A DNA stretch of 64,000 nt from Octopus sinensis (GCF_006345805.1 NC_043022.1:18972001-19036000); one strand, 5' to 3'. Numbered from the stretch's first letter, positions 1-14,515 are shown. The notes: generated by a model not told the origin, from the sequence alone. Numbers and translations are program-made.

Positions 1-548
1 CGTGCCATCCAGATGGGGGGAACACATACGCCACAGAAACCGGGAAACTGGGCCCATGAACCTGGCTAGGCTTGAAAAGGGCGACGTTTACCGTTTTTTT
101 TAATTCATTCACTAGGCAGGTGCTTGTTTCCATCATATTAAACTGGAGTATTTTGAAATGAAGTGTCTTCTTTAAGGACAAAATGCACTGCCCAATCCAG
201 GAATTGAACCTACTACATTGAGATTGTGAACTGAGTGTCTCTAACCACTAGGCCACGCACCTTTGCTACTGAAAGATAAAAATGCAAATGTATAGAAATA
301 TGCACCCACACATATACATACATGTTACAAACCACACACGCACACGCATACAGAACTCACACACTCACAATCATAAATGCACAGATGCATACACACACAC
401 ACACACACAATGCTTGTAAATGCACAGACACACACAGAGACATATACATACACACTCACATGTACACACCTGTAAATGACTGCAGAGAGAGAGAGAGAAA
501 GAAGTGCATCCTAAGGTGAAATACAAAAGAAATTAACTGTGTCAAAAC

Positions 549-643
549 CTGTGATATGAGCTGTTGATAGAGTGTAGCGCTGGTCAGTTCCCACTAGATG
601 ACCATTGAATATGGTTGAGGCACCGATTCCATCAATAATTTTC
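549..643 (-). CDS. Same gene, last visible exon (gene probably continues left of the window)
   Basis: tttttcag acceptor, phase 2 matches exon 20. RKIIDGIGASTIFNGHLVGTDQRYTLSTAHIT. Donor G|gttttg is weak, so the 3' boundary is uncertain. Confidence 0.78.
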
Positions 644-2179
644 CTGAAAAAAAAAGGGCCGAAAAGATTAAAAAAAAGTATGAATTTATATGTTGTTGAC
701 ATCAAAATTCTTAATATTTGTCTTAATACTGGAGTTAAAAACTGCTAAAAATGTATGCGAAAATGTATATATATTAGCGGTTCGGCAAATGAGACTGATA
801 GAATAAGTACTGGGCTTACAAAGAATAAGTCCCGGGGTCGATTTGCTCGACGAAAGGCGGTGCTCCAGCATGGCCGCAGTCAAATGACTGAAACAAGTAA
901 GAGAGAAAAAAAGAGAGAGTATATGTATGTGTGTACATATGTGTATACTCTTTTACTTTTTTACTTGTTTCAGTCATTTGACTGTGGCCATGCTGGAGCA
1001 CACCGCCTTTAGTCAAGCAAATCGACCCCAGGACTTATTCTTTGTAAGCCTAGTATTTATTGTATCGGTATCTTTTGCTGAACCACTAAGTTACGGGGGG
1101 GGGGGCGTAAACACACCAGCATCCGATGTCAAGCGATTTTGGGGGGAGACAACCACTTCATCTGTGTGTGGACATGCAAAAATAACCCTTGGTTGGTGTC
1201 AGGGCATGCAGCAAAAACCCCCAGGAGTTACAGAACCTTAGATGTTGTCAGAGCATCCTTTTAGCCCAGAGACACCGAGGAAAAACCTGCAGTGTCAAAT
1301 GATCAATGGTTATCTCACTTCATCCTGTCATTCAGTACTAATAATGGGCACTTAAAGAAAGGTACTCATGCTGTACAAGTGTTTATCAACATAAACTAAG
1401 GACATGCAGATGTCTCTTCAGGGCGAATCGTTTGTTATTCCATCTACTGAGAGTTCTATTGCCATGGAAGAGTGGTGACAGGTGCAGACTCTGAGAAGCT
1501 GGGAGTGCTCAGTGAATTACAATTTTTGTCTGTCAGCTAGGCACCAAGCCATGCAGATCTGCAACAGGACTGAATAGTCAGCTAAGAGGTCATGGATGGA
1601 GAGTCAGGAATACCATTGACAACAAAGAATAATAACATGACCGCAATCATCAGTGAAGATGGAATAATCACCATGTATGTCTGTGAGTGCGCGTATGGGC
1701 GTATGTCTTTAGATGTACGTACGTATGTGTCTGCGTATGTATGTGTGTGCGTATGTATGTGTGTGCGCATGTATGTGTGTGCGTATGTATGTGTGTGCGT
1801 ATGTATGTGCGTGCGTATGTATGTGCGTGCATATGTATGTGTGTGCGTATGTATGTGTGTGCATATGTATGTGCGTGCGTATGTATGTGCATGCGTATGT
1901 ATGTGTGTGCATATGTATGTGTGTGCGTATGTATGTGTGTGCGTATGTATGTGTGTGCGTATGTATGTGTGTGCATATGTATGTGTGTGCGTATGTATGT
2001 GTGTGTCGCACCCTCTTAAGTAGATATGTATGTACTTAGTTATGAGTGTGTATATGTGTATCTGTGTATTTATGAATAAATCCTTGAAAATAGTTATACA
2101 GACATATGTAGATACATACATACACACATGCATGCATGCACATATATACATACATATACATGTCCATATATATACATAC

Positions 2180-2214
<35 letters not shown>

Positions 2215-2233
2215 TATATGTACACACACACGC

Positions 2234-2265
<32 letters not shown>

Positions 2266-2386
2266 TATATATAATATATACATATATATATATATACATA
2301 TATATATATGTATATATATATACATACATATATATACATATCCATACACATACATATATATATATATTATATATATATATATATAG

Positions 2387-2474
<88 letters not shown>

Positions 2475-3983
2475 TATATATCATAACATATATATATATA
2501 TATATCATATCATATATATATATATATATACACACACACACGCTCACATATATACATATATATATATACATACATATATATATATATACACATACATACA
2601 TAGAGACATACATACATACCCACACACATATATAAATATATATATATATACATATACATACACATACATGCATGCACACACACATACACATATGTAGTGG
2701 GGTGGGGGTGGGGGTTGCATGTCCTTAATGTGGTGGAGATGAGGATAACCATTCTGAAGAGCATGGGTGATGAGTGGAAGACAAAGATAAAATATGAGGG
2801 GTGGGGGGGGTGGATGCAAGGGGGCATTGTTATTAACACAGAGACCGAGAAGTGGGGACAGTTTTCAACAATAGAGCCTTTATTGTTTAAAAAACTTTTA
2901 TCTTGAGTGTTAATCATTAGTCACCATCTATCTTATCTATTTATCTAAATACATTTAAACATATTATGAGGTACCCATCATAGGTCTCCCTTACACTAGA
3001 AGGAACAGCCAAAGTCAAAACCACTAATTAGGGATAAAATCTCAAAGAGAATGGAAAATAAAATTCATTCCCTTTGAGAATTTATCCATAATTAGTGGTT
3101 TGGACTTTAGCTGTTCTTTCTAGCGTAAAGGATTCCTATGATTGATACCTCTTAATGTGTTTAAATGTACACAGTATTTTATATGAATAATATACTCTTT
3201 TACTCTTTTACTTGTTTCAGTCATATAACTGTGGCCATGCTGGAGCACCACCTTTAGTTGAGCAAATCGACCCCAGGATTTATTCTTTGTAAGCCTCGTA
3301 CACATTCTATCGGTCTCTTTTGCTGAACTGCTAAGTTACAGGGACGTAAACACACCAGCATCGGTTGTCAAGTGATGTTGAGGGGACAAACACACACACA
3401 CATATATATATACATATACATATATACGACGGGCTTCTTTCAGTTTCCATCTACCAAATCCACTCACAAAGATTTGGTCGGCATGAGGCTATAGTAGAAA
3501 ACACTTGCCCAAGGTGCCACACAGGGGGACTGAACCTGGAACCATGTGGTTCATAAGCAAGCTACCTACCACACAGCCACTCCTACACCTATAGTCTATT
3601 GACTAATTTTTCTATATGCTAGGCCACTGGTAGTAAATATTTCTAAAATCTTATATATATATATATATATATAATAATAAATATTAGGGAACAAATCCAA
3701 ACTTACAGGGAAAAATCAGATTTAGGATTGAATCCAATTTATAGTAAAATATTATATTATATAAATTAGAGACAAAACCACTATTATGCAAATCAAACAA
3801 AGAAAGACTTAATCCAATACATAATTAATTTATATTATTTAGAATTTAACAATTATTAATAATTATTAATAATTATTAATAATAGTTAATTTCTAAATAA
3901 TATAAATTAATTTATGTATTTGATTAAGTCTTCTTTGTTTGATTTGCATAATAGTGGTTTGTCTCTATTTATATAATATATAT

Positions 3984-4040
<57 letters not shown>

Positions 4041-5635
4041 TATATATATATACATATACTTAGTCACACATACATACATACATATTACACACTGCCCAAA
4101 TACCAGTCTTGAGAAATTAGGCTTCTCAAAACCAGAAAGGGGGAAAGTTAATTCAAAGTCTACAGCTGCAATCCATCATGGAACTGTAAAAATCTGTAAA
4201 ACTTTCCAGAAGTTTATCATTTAAATATGTATATGAGCATGTCTAGATATGCAGGTATATGCAGGAGAATACATACATAAAACATACAAATCTGCACATA
4301 CATACATACATACAGACATACATACATGCATACATGCATGCATATATACATACATACATACATACATGCATGCATCATACATACATACATACATACATGC
4401 ATGCATACATACAAAGATGCATGCATACATACATACATACATACATACATGCATGCATTATACATACACATACATGCATACATACATACATACATACATG
4501 CATGCATGCATGCATACATACATACATACATACATGCATACACACACACACGCATGCATGCATGCATACATACATGCATACATACATACATACAAACATA
4601 TATACATACATACATACATGCATGCATACATACATACATACATATATACATACATACATACATACATACATACATACATGCATACATACATACAAACATA
4701 TATACATACATACAGACATACATACATACATACAAAACAATACCCTGTTGTTGATGTTGAAATTCAAATGAAGGAACCTTGGATCTAGGTTAGCAACTGG
4801 TTCTTTCTCTATTGGCAAGAAATCTTGAAATAAAACTGATTAATAACATACGTGCACACACACACACACACACACACACAATGAACAAACTTTGGGAGTG
4901 CTAAATGTGTTGGTATTTTACAGACAAGAAAGGGAATTTCAAATGCTGTACAGCTGTGACACCAGCATCATTTTCCCTTCTAAGGATAAATACCCAATCT
5001 TTTTCTGTTGTTCTTACAGCTATACTGTGTTTGAAATTTATGTTGTTGCTTGTGAAATACAACACGTTTGGTGCTTACAAAGTTTGTTTATAAAATGGTC
5101 TCACATTCAAAAAGCCATCACTCAACATTAGCCATACTGCATTCGAAATTTACATCTTGTTTATAATATATATATATACATACTCTCTCTTTTCTCTTTT
5201 ACTTGTTTCAGTCATTTGACTGCGGTCATGCTGGAGCACCGCCTTTTTTTAATCAAACAAATCGACCCTGGGACTTATTCTTTTGTAAGCCCAGTACTTA
5301 TTCTATCGGTGTCTTTTGCCAAACCGCTAAGTAACGGGGACGTAAACACACCAGCATCAGTTGTCAAGCAATGCTAGGGGGACAAACACAGACACACATA
5401 CACACATGCATATATACATACATATATATACATATATATGACAGGCTTCTTTCAGTTTCCGTCTACCAAATCCACTCACAAGGCATTGGTCGGCCCGGGG
5501 CTATAGCAGAAGACACTTGCCCAAGATGCCACGCAGTGGGACTGAACCCGGAACCATGTGGTTGGTTAGCAAGCTACTTACCACACAGCCACTCCTGCGC
5601 CACTTGTTTATAATATATATATATACATATATATA

Positions 5636-6022
5636 ATGAGCAAAACACCCCCAGGCCAATCAACAGTGCTGAGTTGTCAAACATTTAAACTAAATTTTCT
5701 CAAAACAACTTGTCTGACCATCCCATTTTGTGGCATTATTTCAAACCAGCTGGCTTTTTTTGCGCAAACTGCATGTGCATTTTTCTCGCATACACGTAGT
5801 ATTGATCACAACAGCTGATGTACTTGCATGTACAAATGCACGTTCCCACGGCTTTATCAATCGCATTCTCACCTGGAATCAATTTTTGTAATTCTTTTCA
5901 AGACTTATACATGCCCTGATACCGTCGGTATCTACATATCAAATTTGAGCGCAATCGGATGGAGGATGCCCGAGATCCTAGAAGACACATACACAGACAG
6001 ACAGAATGGATTTTATATAATA
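5636..6022 (-). mobile_element. Helitron-like or MITE element
   Basis: Minus strand begins CTATTATATAAAATCC followed by (CTGT)n, a typical non-autonomous Helitron 5' end. The 3' end is degenerate. Confidence 0.45.
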
Positions 6023-6268
6023 GTTTGGTGCATTAACCTCACTATATGTGCTAAATTAACCTTCTACTCCTTCTTCCACTAAAACGTTGTCCCTCCCTCT
6101 GGAACTCCTGCAGATGTCAACTTGCAATAGTTTAAACAGAGAGAAAAGAAAACGTTTATGACATATGTGTCAGCACCAGTTTCATTGGACTTGCATCAAC
6201 CATAGGAAATACATTTTTTTCCAAGGCCCAGTAAGCAAAAGCAAAAACAGAAAAGAAGAAACACTCAC

Positions 6269-7480
6269 CTGTGGTTTGGAGTGTCAATGACGTCAATACA
6301 TCGTTGATTAAAAGCTGCTTCACATCCATCCGCAATGATTACATCTTGGGTACTATTTCCGACAGGGCCAGGTTCAGGCGGAGTAAAATCAGGTATGATT
6401 GGCACAGATGGCAGTGTATTTTTATAACCGAGTTCGTTTTCTACACCGACATTTATATAATAAGGTGTGCCATGATGTAGATTGAGCTGATCAAAGTCGA
6501 CATAGGTCATATAGGTGGTGCCAAGTCTTTGGTAATGGCTGTAGGAACCACTCCTGCGTCTCTCGATTCCGCCACCCTCAATTACGTCGTTCATATCACA
6601 AATGGAGGTTGCAGTTTCATAATCAAATGACAGACATTTCGGACCAGTTTTGATACATTGGCGTGAACATTCTTCGCTGTCTTTCGTTACCAAACTCTTG
6701 AAGCTAGGTTTGGTCACTTTACCTGGTTTTGGAACTGTGAAAAACTTGAGTTCACTTTTCTCGTCCGGTCGTTCTTTAGTCTTCTGAAGTTTCAGTTTCC
6801 TCCAAGGCATTACCTGTACTCCCTGGTTACCTGGGCCATACCCGATTGCTATGTGACCTTCCTCTAGCAAGGGTGTATCATCCATAATTATCACCGTGCC
6901 ACGCAGAGTGTTTGGACGACTGGTAAATGGATACGAGGGATCAAATCGGCCGTCAGGTACACTGGAGTCATAGGTATTGAGTTTACAGCTTGTGACAGAT
7001 TCTAAGTTTTCTGAATTTTTCACCTTCACGGTCCAGTAGAGAGGAATTCCTCCAGGCAAAAGAACTGGAATGAACACACTATACTCGGACATCTTTGTCC
7101 AGTCGGCTACATTGTTGCCTCCAGCATGGTCGCCAATGGCATAGAAGGTCTTTACCGGACTGAAGTCATTCTGGGCGAATACTTCCAGTTGGTAAGCAGG
7201 GTTTTTCGGGTTCCTGTTGGCAATTTGCTGTATTTGACAACCTTCTCCCAAGCTGGAGCTACTGCGCTTGGTTCTGTTATTTGACGGAAGAGTAGCAATC
7301 TCCGGTTTTGAACCCGTTGATTTCTTTTTGGTGACCTCAAAGATATTTCTTTTGATTGCTTCCATTTGGTAACTCCATAAGTTACCTCTGTACACAGTCA
7401 CAGTTGTGAACAAAAGGAACAGTTTAGCATAGGCTGATAATTCTAGGCGCAAGGGAACAATAGCAACATCCAATGAGGAC
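6269..7480 (-). CDS. Same gene, exon 20 (furin site, FN3-like segments, PAN/apple domain)
   Basis: ttttcag acceptor, AG|gtgagt donor, 1212 nt, phase 2 to 2. Contains RTKR, the PAN motif CSRQCIKTGPKCLSFDYETATSICDMND...YSHYQR, and FN3-like LNLHHGTPYYINVGVENELG...DFTPP. Confidence 0.93.
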
Positions 7481-7847
7481 CTGAAAAATAAAAGAAAAGT
7501 TTGTATTTTTTAAAAGAAACAAGTCACTCACTAATATCGTGTTTTTACCTCATCAGACATTCATTTTGAATTGGATTTTTACTTAAACGTTCTCTGCCTC
7601 CGATATGTTGATGTTAACTATTTATCTATCTATCAATCAATCTATCTATCAATCAACCTATCTATTAGTCTGCCTGTCTGTCTGTCAGTCTTCCTACCCT
7701 CTTTCATCTGTCACCAAATAACTACTTTTAATTAACTTAGGGTTTTAATAAGCGCTCATGCCAGTGCCACAGTGATTATGGTGACGACGGCGATGACGAT
7801 GATGATGGTGATGATGATGATGATGATGATGATGGTGATGATGATGG

Positions 7848-7879
<32 letters not shown>

Positions 7880-8063
7880 GTGATGATGATGGTGATGATG
7901 ATGATGATGATGACGGTATTTGAATTGGTAATAGGTTTGTTTATTTTCAGTCAGTATTTCATTCATCCATGCACAAATATAAACAATTAATTTCAGTGTT
8001 GGTGGGGTGGGGTGTGCACGTGTTTATGTGTAGACATACATATATATATATATATACATACAT

Positions 8064-8151
<88 letters not shown>

Positions 8152-8335
8152 TAACGTCTGCTTTCCTTGCTAGCATGGGTTGGACGATTTGACTGAGGAC
8201 TGGTGAACCAGATGGCTGCGCCAGGCCCCAATCTGATCTTGCAGTGTTTCTACAGCTGGATGCCCTTCCTAACACCAACCACTCCAAGAGTGTACTGGGT
8301 GCTTTTACGTGCCATCAGCACAAGGGCCAGTCAGG

Positions 8336-8372
<37 letters not shown>

Positions 8373-8888
8373 ATAGGCTTCTTTCAGTTTCTGTCTACCA
8401 AATCCACTCACAAGGTTTTGGCTGGTCAAGGCTACAGCAGAAGATGTTTGCCTGGATTGCCAGTGCCATGCAGTGGGACTGAACTCAGAACCATATAGCT
8501 GAGAAGCAATAAATAAATAAATAAATAGATAGATATAAAATTAAAGAAGCAAAAACATAAACTTTTAACCCTTTAGTATCTAAACTGGCCAATCCGTCCC
8601 AAACATTCTGCTGCTTATTTATTCTAACCAGCCTACCCTACAATATACAGTCATTGAGATCTCAGAAGTATCAAATAATGTATGATTAATTATAAAAATC
8701 TGAATAAATAAACCTAACATTTGATGGAGAAATGTGAATGCTAAAAAGACAGATGACGTCAATAGCCTTTGATGTGTCCTTGAATGGCTAACTTATGTCT
8801 TCCATGCTGAAATTGGTGGAAGAAATAAACATTATATCCGGAAAATTTATATAATAGGAAATATAAATGGTACAAATGCAGTACTTAC

Positions 8889-9046
8889 GTGACTCCAACA
8901 GGAAACTGTGAAAATGGTATCTTTACAGCCAATGGAAACCGGACGTCCATTAAGTATCCGGTCAGTGTGATTCCACCACTGGCAAAGCCAATACTTATGC
9001 CGAAAGACCCCCAGACTTTTGCTCCGACCCAGGGTGTGATGGTTGA
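8889..9046 (-). CDS. Same gene, exon 19
   Basis: ttccag acceptor, AC|gtaagt donor, 158 nt, phase 0 to 2. STITPWVGAKVWGSFGISIGFASGGITLTGYLMDVRFPLAVKIPFSQFPVGV. Confidence 0.88.
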
Positions 9047-9904
9047 CTGGAATGATAATAGAGCAACATGTAGAGTTTGTAGACTTAATTATATGTTTAT
9101 AAGGATCTTTAGAGTCAGACTTTCATGGATGTGGTGCATCATTGGATGTCACCATCATCATCGATTAACGTCCGCCTTCCATGCTAGCACAGGTTGGACG
9201 GTTCAACTGGGGTCTGGGAAGCCCGAAGGCGGCACCAGGCCAGTCAGATCTGGCAGTGTTTCTACAGCTGGATGCCCTTCCTAATGCCAACCACCCCGTG
9301 AGTGTAGTGGGTGCTTTTTTTGTGCCACCGACACAGGTGCCAGACGAGGCTGGCGAACAGCCATGCTCGGATGGTGTTTTTTATGTGCCACCGATGTATG
9401 TGGACTTATACAAAGATTTTGGGTCCAAGGTGAAAAACTGAAATTTACCTGTTAGAACTTTACAAACATTGGCGCAGGAGTGGCTGTGTGGTAAGTAGCT
9501 TGCTTACCAACCACTTGGTTCCGAGTTCAGTCCCACTTCATAGCACCTCGGGCAAGTGTCTTCTACTATAGCCTCGAGCCGAGCAAAGCCTTGTGAGTGG
9601 ATTTGGTTGACGGAAACTGAAAGAAGCCCGTCATATATATGTATATATATGCATATGTGTGTGTGTGTTTGTGTGTCTGTGTTTGTCCCCACCAACGTTG
9701 CTTGACAACCAATGCTGGTGTGTTTACGTCCCCGTAACTTAGCGGTTCGGCAAAAGAGACTGATAGAATAAGTACCAGGCTTACAAAGAATAAGACCTGG
9801 GGTACTTATTCCATCGGTCTCTTTTGCCAAACTGCTAAGTTTTGATGATGTAAACATACCAACACTGATTATCAAGTGATGGTGGTGGGGGACAAATACA
9901 AACA

Positions 9905-9958
<54 letters not shown>

Positions 9959-10588
9959 TACATATATATATATATTTGAAGGGCTTTCAGCTTTCATCTA
10001 CCAAATCCACTCACATGGCTTTGGTCTGCCTGAGGCTATAGTAGAAGACACTTGCCCAAGGTGCCACGCAGTGGGACTGAACCCGGAGCCATGAGGTTGG
10101 GAAGCAATTTTTTATGCACGCGTGTGTATGTGTAAATACACACACACACACACATGCACACACACACACATGTACACACACACATACACACACACACAAA
10201 CATACATATATATATATATTTGAAGAGCTTTCAGTTATGCACGCGTGTGTATGTGTAAATACACACACATACATGCACACACACACACACCACACACACA
10301 TGCACACACACACACGCACACAGACACACACACACACACACACACAGTAGGTGTGCACACAGTTTCCTCTACTGAATTCACTCACAATGCAGTGATTGGC
10401 TTGGGGCTATTGTAGAAGACACTTGCCCAAGGTGCCACATGATGGGACTGAACTCAAAACCATCAGGTTGCAAAGTGCCTTTATAACCACACAGCCATTC
10501 CTTGTCATTGTTTTGGAAGAGGTTAGGATATGTAATTGCTATTTCTTACAGGTCAAGTAAGTAAGAAGAAGGTTCGCTGTGGACTTAC

Positions 10589-10659
10589 CTTGGCTGAGAG
10601 GCTGAGGAAACAAACTCCTACCTGCAGGTTCAATCCCAAAGAACCACCTGCACCAAAAC
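10589..10659 (-). CDS. Same gene, exon 18
   Basis: cttttag acceptor, AAG|gtaagt donor, 71 nt, phase 1 to 0. GFGAGGSLGLNLQVGVCFLSLSAK. Confidence 0.87.
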
Positions 10660-10946
10660 CTAAAAGACAGAGAGGACCTTGAAGTTCGCATAAACATTTG
10701 GCATTTGGGTTGTTGCATGGGTGTGTGTGTGCCTGTGTGTGTGTGTGTTATGTATGTGTGTGCATATGTACATGTATATATGTATATACATATATACATA
10801 TACACATATACATACACACACACATATATATATACATATATATATATACACACACATACATAAATATATACATATTATATATATGAACATATATACATAT
10901 GTATATATATATACATATATACATACATACATACATATATTATATA

Positions 10947-10989
<43 letters not shown>

Positions 10990-10997
10990 TATACATA

Positions 10998-11028
<31 letters not shown>

Positions 11029-11318
11029 CACATACATCATATATATATATTAACATATATATATATTATATACATACATACATACACACACACACACACT
11101 CACACACCACACACACACATATTTAACAAGTGAAGTTGTAAGGTACCGCACAAGTAGAATTATGTATATATAGAGAGAGAGTAGAATTATATATATATAT
11201 GTGTGTGTGTGTGTATGTGTGTATATATATGTATGTATATATGTGTGTGTATATATATATATGTACATGCGTATATATGTATGTATGTATGTAATATGTA
11301 TATATAAAATCAGTTATA

Positions 11319-11964
11319 TGAGGGTAGGCTGAAAAGTTCATGGACTGACTATGAAATAGTGATGCTAGAGTTGTGAAATCTTGCATGCCATATTATTAGT
11401 AGCTACCTTGTTTCTTTCCAGCTAAACTGAAGTTTGACTGCTCAAAGAAAACTTCAAAAGTAAATAGTAGTGACTACCTTTGTGACTGTTGCCTTGAATT
11501 GTTTGATTACCCTCCCTATCCTCCTGATTTGATCCCATCAATGTGGCATCCGCTTCTTCGGGGAATGATCTCCCTTTGCAGGCTAGAGGACACCGTGATG
11601 GTGTCAGTCCTCCTGGTGACGTTGATGATCGCCTGGGGCTAAATGCATCAGTAACACCCCCACCGCCCTGCCCTGTCCCTAGCCACATTCAGATGGCTGA
11701 TGTCCCTTATGTTAAATCATATGTTTGCCAACATGAAACAACACATGGCTGGGTACCGGTAGAACAGTGATGATGATATCATATCTGTGGTTGATGACAT
11801 TTTTGACCAACAGGATGAAAGCTACTCCACCAATGGGATACAAACACTGTAACATTGATAGATGGTGTGGAACACGATGGGGACTATGTCGAAAAATAAA
11901 CCTCATTTGATCACGTTCCATGAGGGTATCTTAATCAGCTAATGAACTTTTCAGTCACCCCTCA
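11319..11964. mobile_element. Non-autonomous mariner-type element with TIRs and TA TSD
   Basis: TA|TGAGGGTAGGCTGAAAAGTTCAT ... ATGAACTTTTCAGTCACCCCTCA|TA. Confidence 0.8.
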
Positions 11965-12636
11965 TAAATCAAAAAAAAAAAAAGAAAAGCACACACTACT
12001 TCCTGGTAGCATGTTTGAAAAGTCTTCAGTATTTCCAAGTACAATAGCTGGTGCAAAACTGTCAGTAACACTCTGCTCAATTTTATGCCATAACCAGTAA
12101 TATACTGCTTGTCAATATAAATATGTATATGTGTGAGTTTTTATGCAGTTCTACAAATAGATGAATTTAATGGAATGTCAGTTAAAGTTCAAAGCTATTC
12201 TAGTGTTGAATGCAAGCGTTATTAATTTTAGAACTGACTTGTATTGATAAATTGCTGTTCTTTGTTCATTCTTTGTTGCTTTGTAATTGAATCTGAGTAT
12301 GTTTAGAAGGGTTGTATTGTAAAATTAACAAGGTTCAACTCTGCACATATTGTTATATGTTCACTTAAAGGAATTTTTCTCATGTTTACATCACGGATTT
12401 GTTGGTGGTGTGAGGTCATTCGTTTGTGTAATGGTATTCCTGTCTAGCCAGTGTAGTTTTCCAGACACCCACAGCAAGTTATCACTTGGATTAAGTTTTC
12501 AAAATCGTGATGTTGGTGGCTGTAGTGTTGGTGGTTGTTGTGTTGGTGATTGTTGTTACAGTGGTGATGGTGGTGGTAATGATAGTAGTAAGGGAAATAG
12601 CAGTGGATGATGGCAGGTGGTGGTGACGATACTTAC

Positions 12637-12808
12637 CAAGTGACAAAGGCACTGGTCCTACCATGAAAATGTGATGGAGATCGAAGAATGTGATGTCAAG
12701 TGGTTTGACGGGTATATCACCATTGCAGCAAATATCTGTGGAAGCTGATGGAATTTCCTCCTCAAAGACATCTCGTGCTTTTGACCGATTCGCATCTTTT
12801 TCATTGAG
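12637..12808 (-). CDS. Same gene, exon 17
   Basis: tttccag acceptor, G|gtaagt donor, 172 nt, phase 0 to 1. LNEKDANRSKARDVFEEEIPSASTDICCNGDIPVKPLDITFFDLHHIFMVGPVPLSL. Confidence 0.88.
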
Positions 12809-12912
12809 CTGGAAATCGAAGACAACAGCTACAATAACAACAATAACTACAACGGAAATACAGTCACAAAACCATGATTAACTGAAAGAATTATTACATT
12901 TTGCTGTTGCTG

Positions 12913-12944
<32 letters not shown>

Positions 12945-13742
12945 GATGATGATGGTGATGTTGATGGTGATGGTGGTGGTGGAGGTGGTGGTGGTGAAGG
13001 TGGTGATGGTGGTGATGATAGTGATGATGATGGTGATGATGGTAGTGGTGGTGGAGATGGTGGTGGTGGTGGTGATGATGGTGATGGTGGTGGTGGCTGT
13101 GATGATGATGATGATGATGATGCTGATGCGGAGGTTAACCTTGATGTCCTCACTCCCATTTGTAAACTCCTCCTACATCACCCCACCACCCCACTCTAGA
13201 AAACCTATAGTATAAGTATGTCACATCATGGTGGGACACGCACACACACACACACACACATACACACATGGGCAATCACACACATATGTACACATACCCA
13301 GACTTACACAAATCACACAGACACATATACACACAAGCAGCCATACGCATACATATGCAATCACACACACATACACACATATCCCCCCCCCACCCACACA
13401 AATAACACCCAGATCCATATACACATATGCACTTAACCACACACAGGCACACACACACGCATGCACACACATGCAATTACACAGACTCACCCATAGACTT
13501 AACAGAAATACACATGCTTACACACACACACACACGCACACTCACATACAAACACACACACACATGTGAAATCACACACTTATGCACACATACCCAGACT
13601 TACACAAATACACACAGACACATATACCCACATGCAGTCACAGGCACGCACATGCAATCACACATGCACGTACACACATAACCCTCCACACACACACACA
13701 CAAATACACCCATATACATATACATACAAACAGACACACACA

Positions 13743-13783
<41 letters not shown>

Positions 13784-13895
13784 AACAGACACATATACAC
13801 ACACACACACACATACAAACAGACACACACACACACACACATACAAACAGACACATATACACACACACACACATATCTTGTTGTAGCCGACTTAC

Positions 13896-14038
13896 TATTT
13901 CTGACAAGGCTCCACGTAAGCTGTCTCCAATCTTCAACAATTCCGTCTGGTTGATGTTCGTATCAGTTGCCGCATCAATGAATTCTTCAAGGGTCATTGA
14001 TTTTGTTTCCTCATCGATTAATGGAAGATCATAGGTGG
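13896..14038 (-). CDS. Same gene, exon 16
   Basis: attattag acceptor, ATA|gtaagt donor, 143 nt, phase 1 to 0. ATYDLPLIDEETKSMTLEEFIDAATDTNINQTELLKIGDSLRGALSEI. Confidence 0.85.
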
Positions 14039-14039
14039 C

Positions 14040-14090
14040 TAATAATAAATAATAATAATAATAATAATAATAATATTAATAACAATAATA

Positions 14091-14139
<49 letters not shown>

Positions 14140-14184
14140 TAATAATAATAATAATAATAATATATAATAATAATAATAATAATG

Positions 14185-14226
<42 letters not shown>

Positions 14227-14356
14227 GGTAATAATAATAATAATGATGATAATAATAATAATAATAATAATAATATAATAATAATAGTAATAATAATAAT
14301 AATAGTAGTAGTAGTGATAATAATAATAATAGTAATAATAGTAATAATAGTAATAA

Positions 14357-14387
<31 letters not shown>

Positions 14388-14388
14388 A

Positions 14389-14440
<52 letters not shown>

Positions 14441-14466
14441 TAATAATAGTAATAATAATAATAATG

Positions 14467-14515
<49 letters not shown>

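Noticed and set aside
1582-4818. Long ORFs rich in YI/HT/CV/MYV (also 21782-22701, 49772-50787 and others)
   Set aside because: Translations of (TA)n, (CA)n and (CATA)n microsatellites, which lack stops in several frames.
5371-5613. Recurrent ORF 'LLSVSVYQIHSQG...EDTCPRCHAVGLNPEPCG' seen many times
   Set aside because: Antisense translation of SINE family A, not a gene family.
7745-7990. Poly-His, poly-Asp, poly-Thr and poly-Leu ORFs (also 14039-14566, 17013-18129, 19793-20235, 30844-31805)
   Set aside because: Trinucleotide microsatellites within introns. They are not needed for the phase-consistent gene model.
8889-9284. Plus-strand ORFs overlapping exons (also 12690-12881, 31933-32206, 36544-36867)
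   Set aside because: Antisense shadows of real minus-strand exons.
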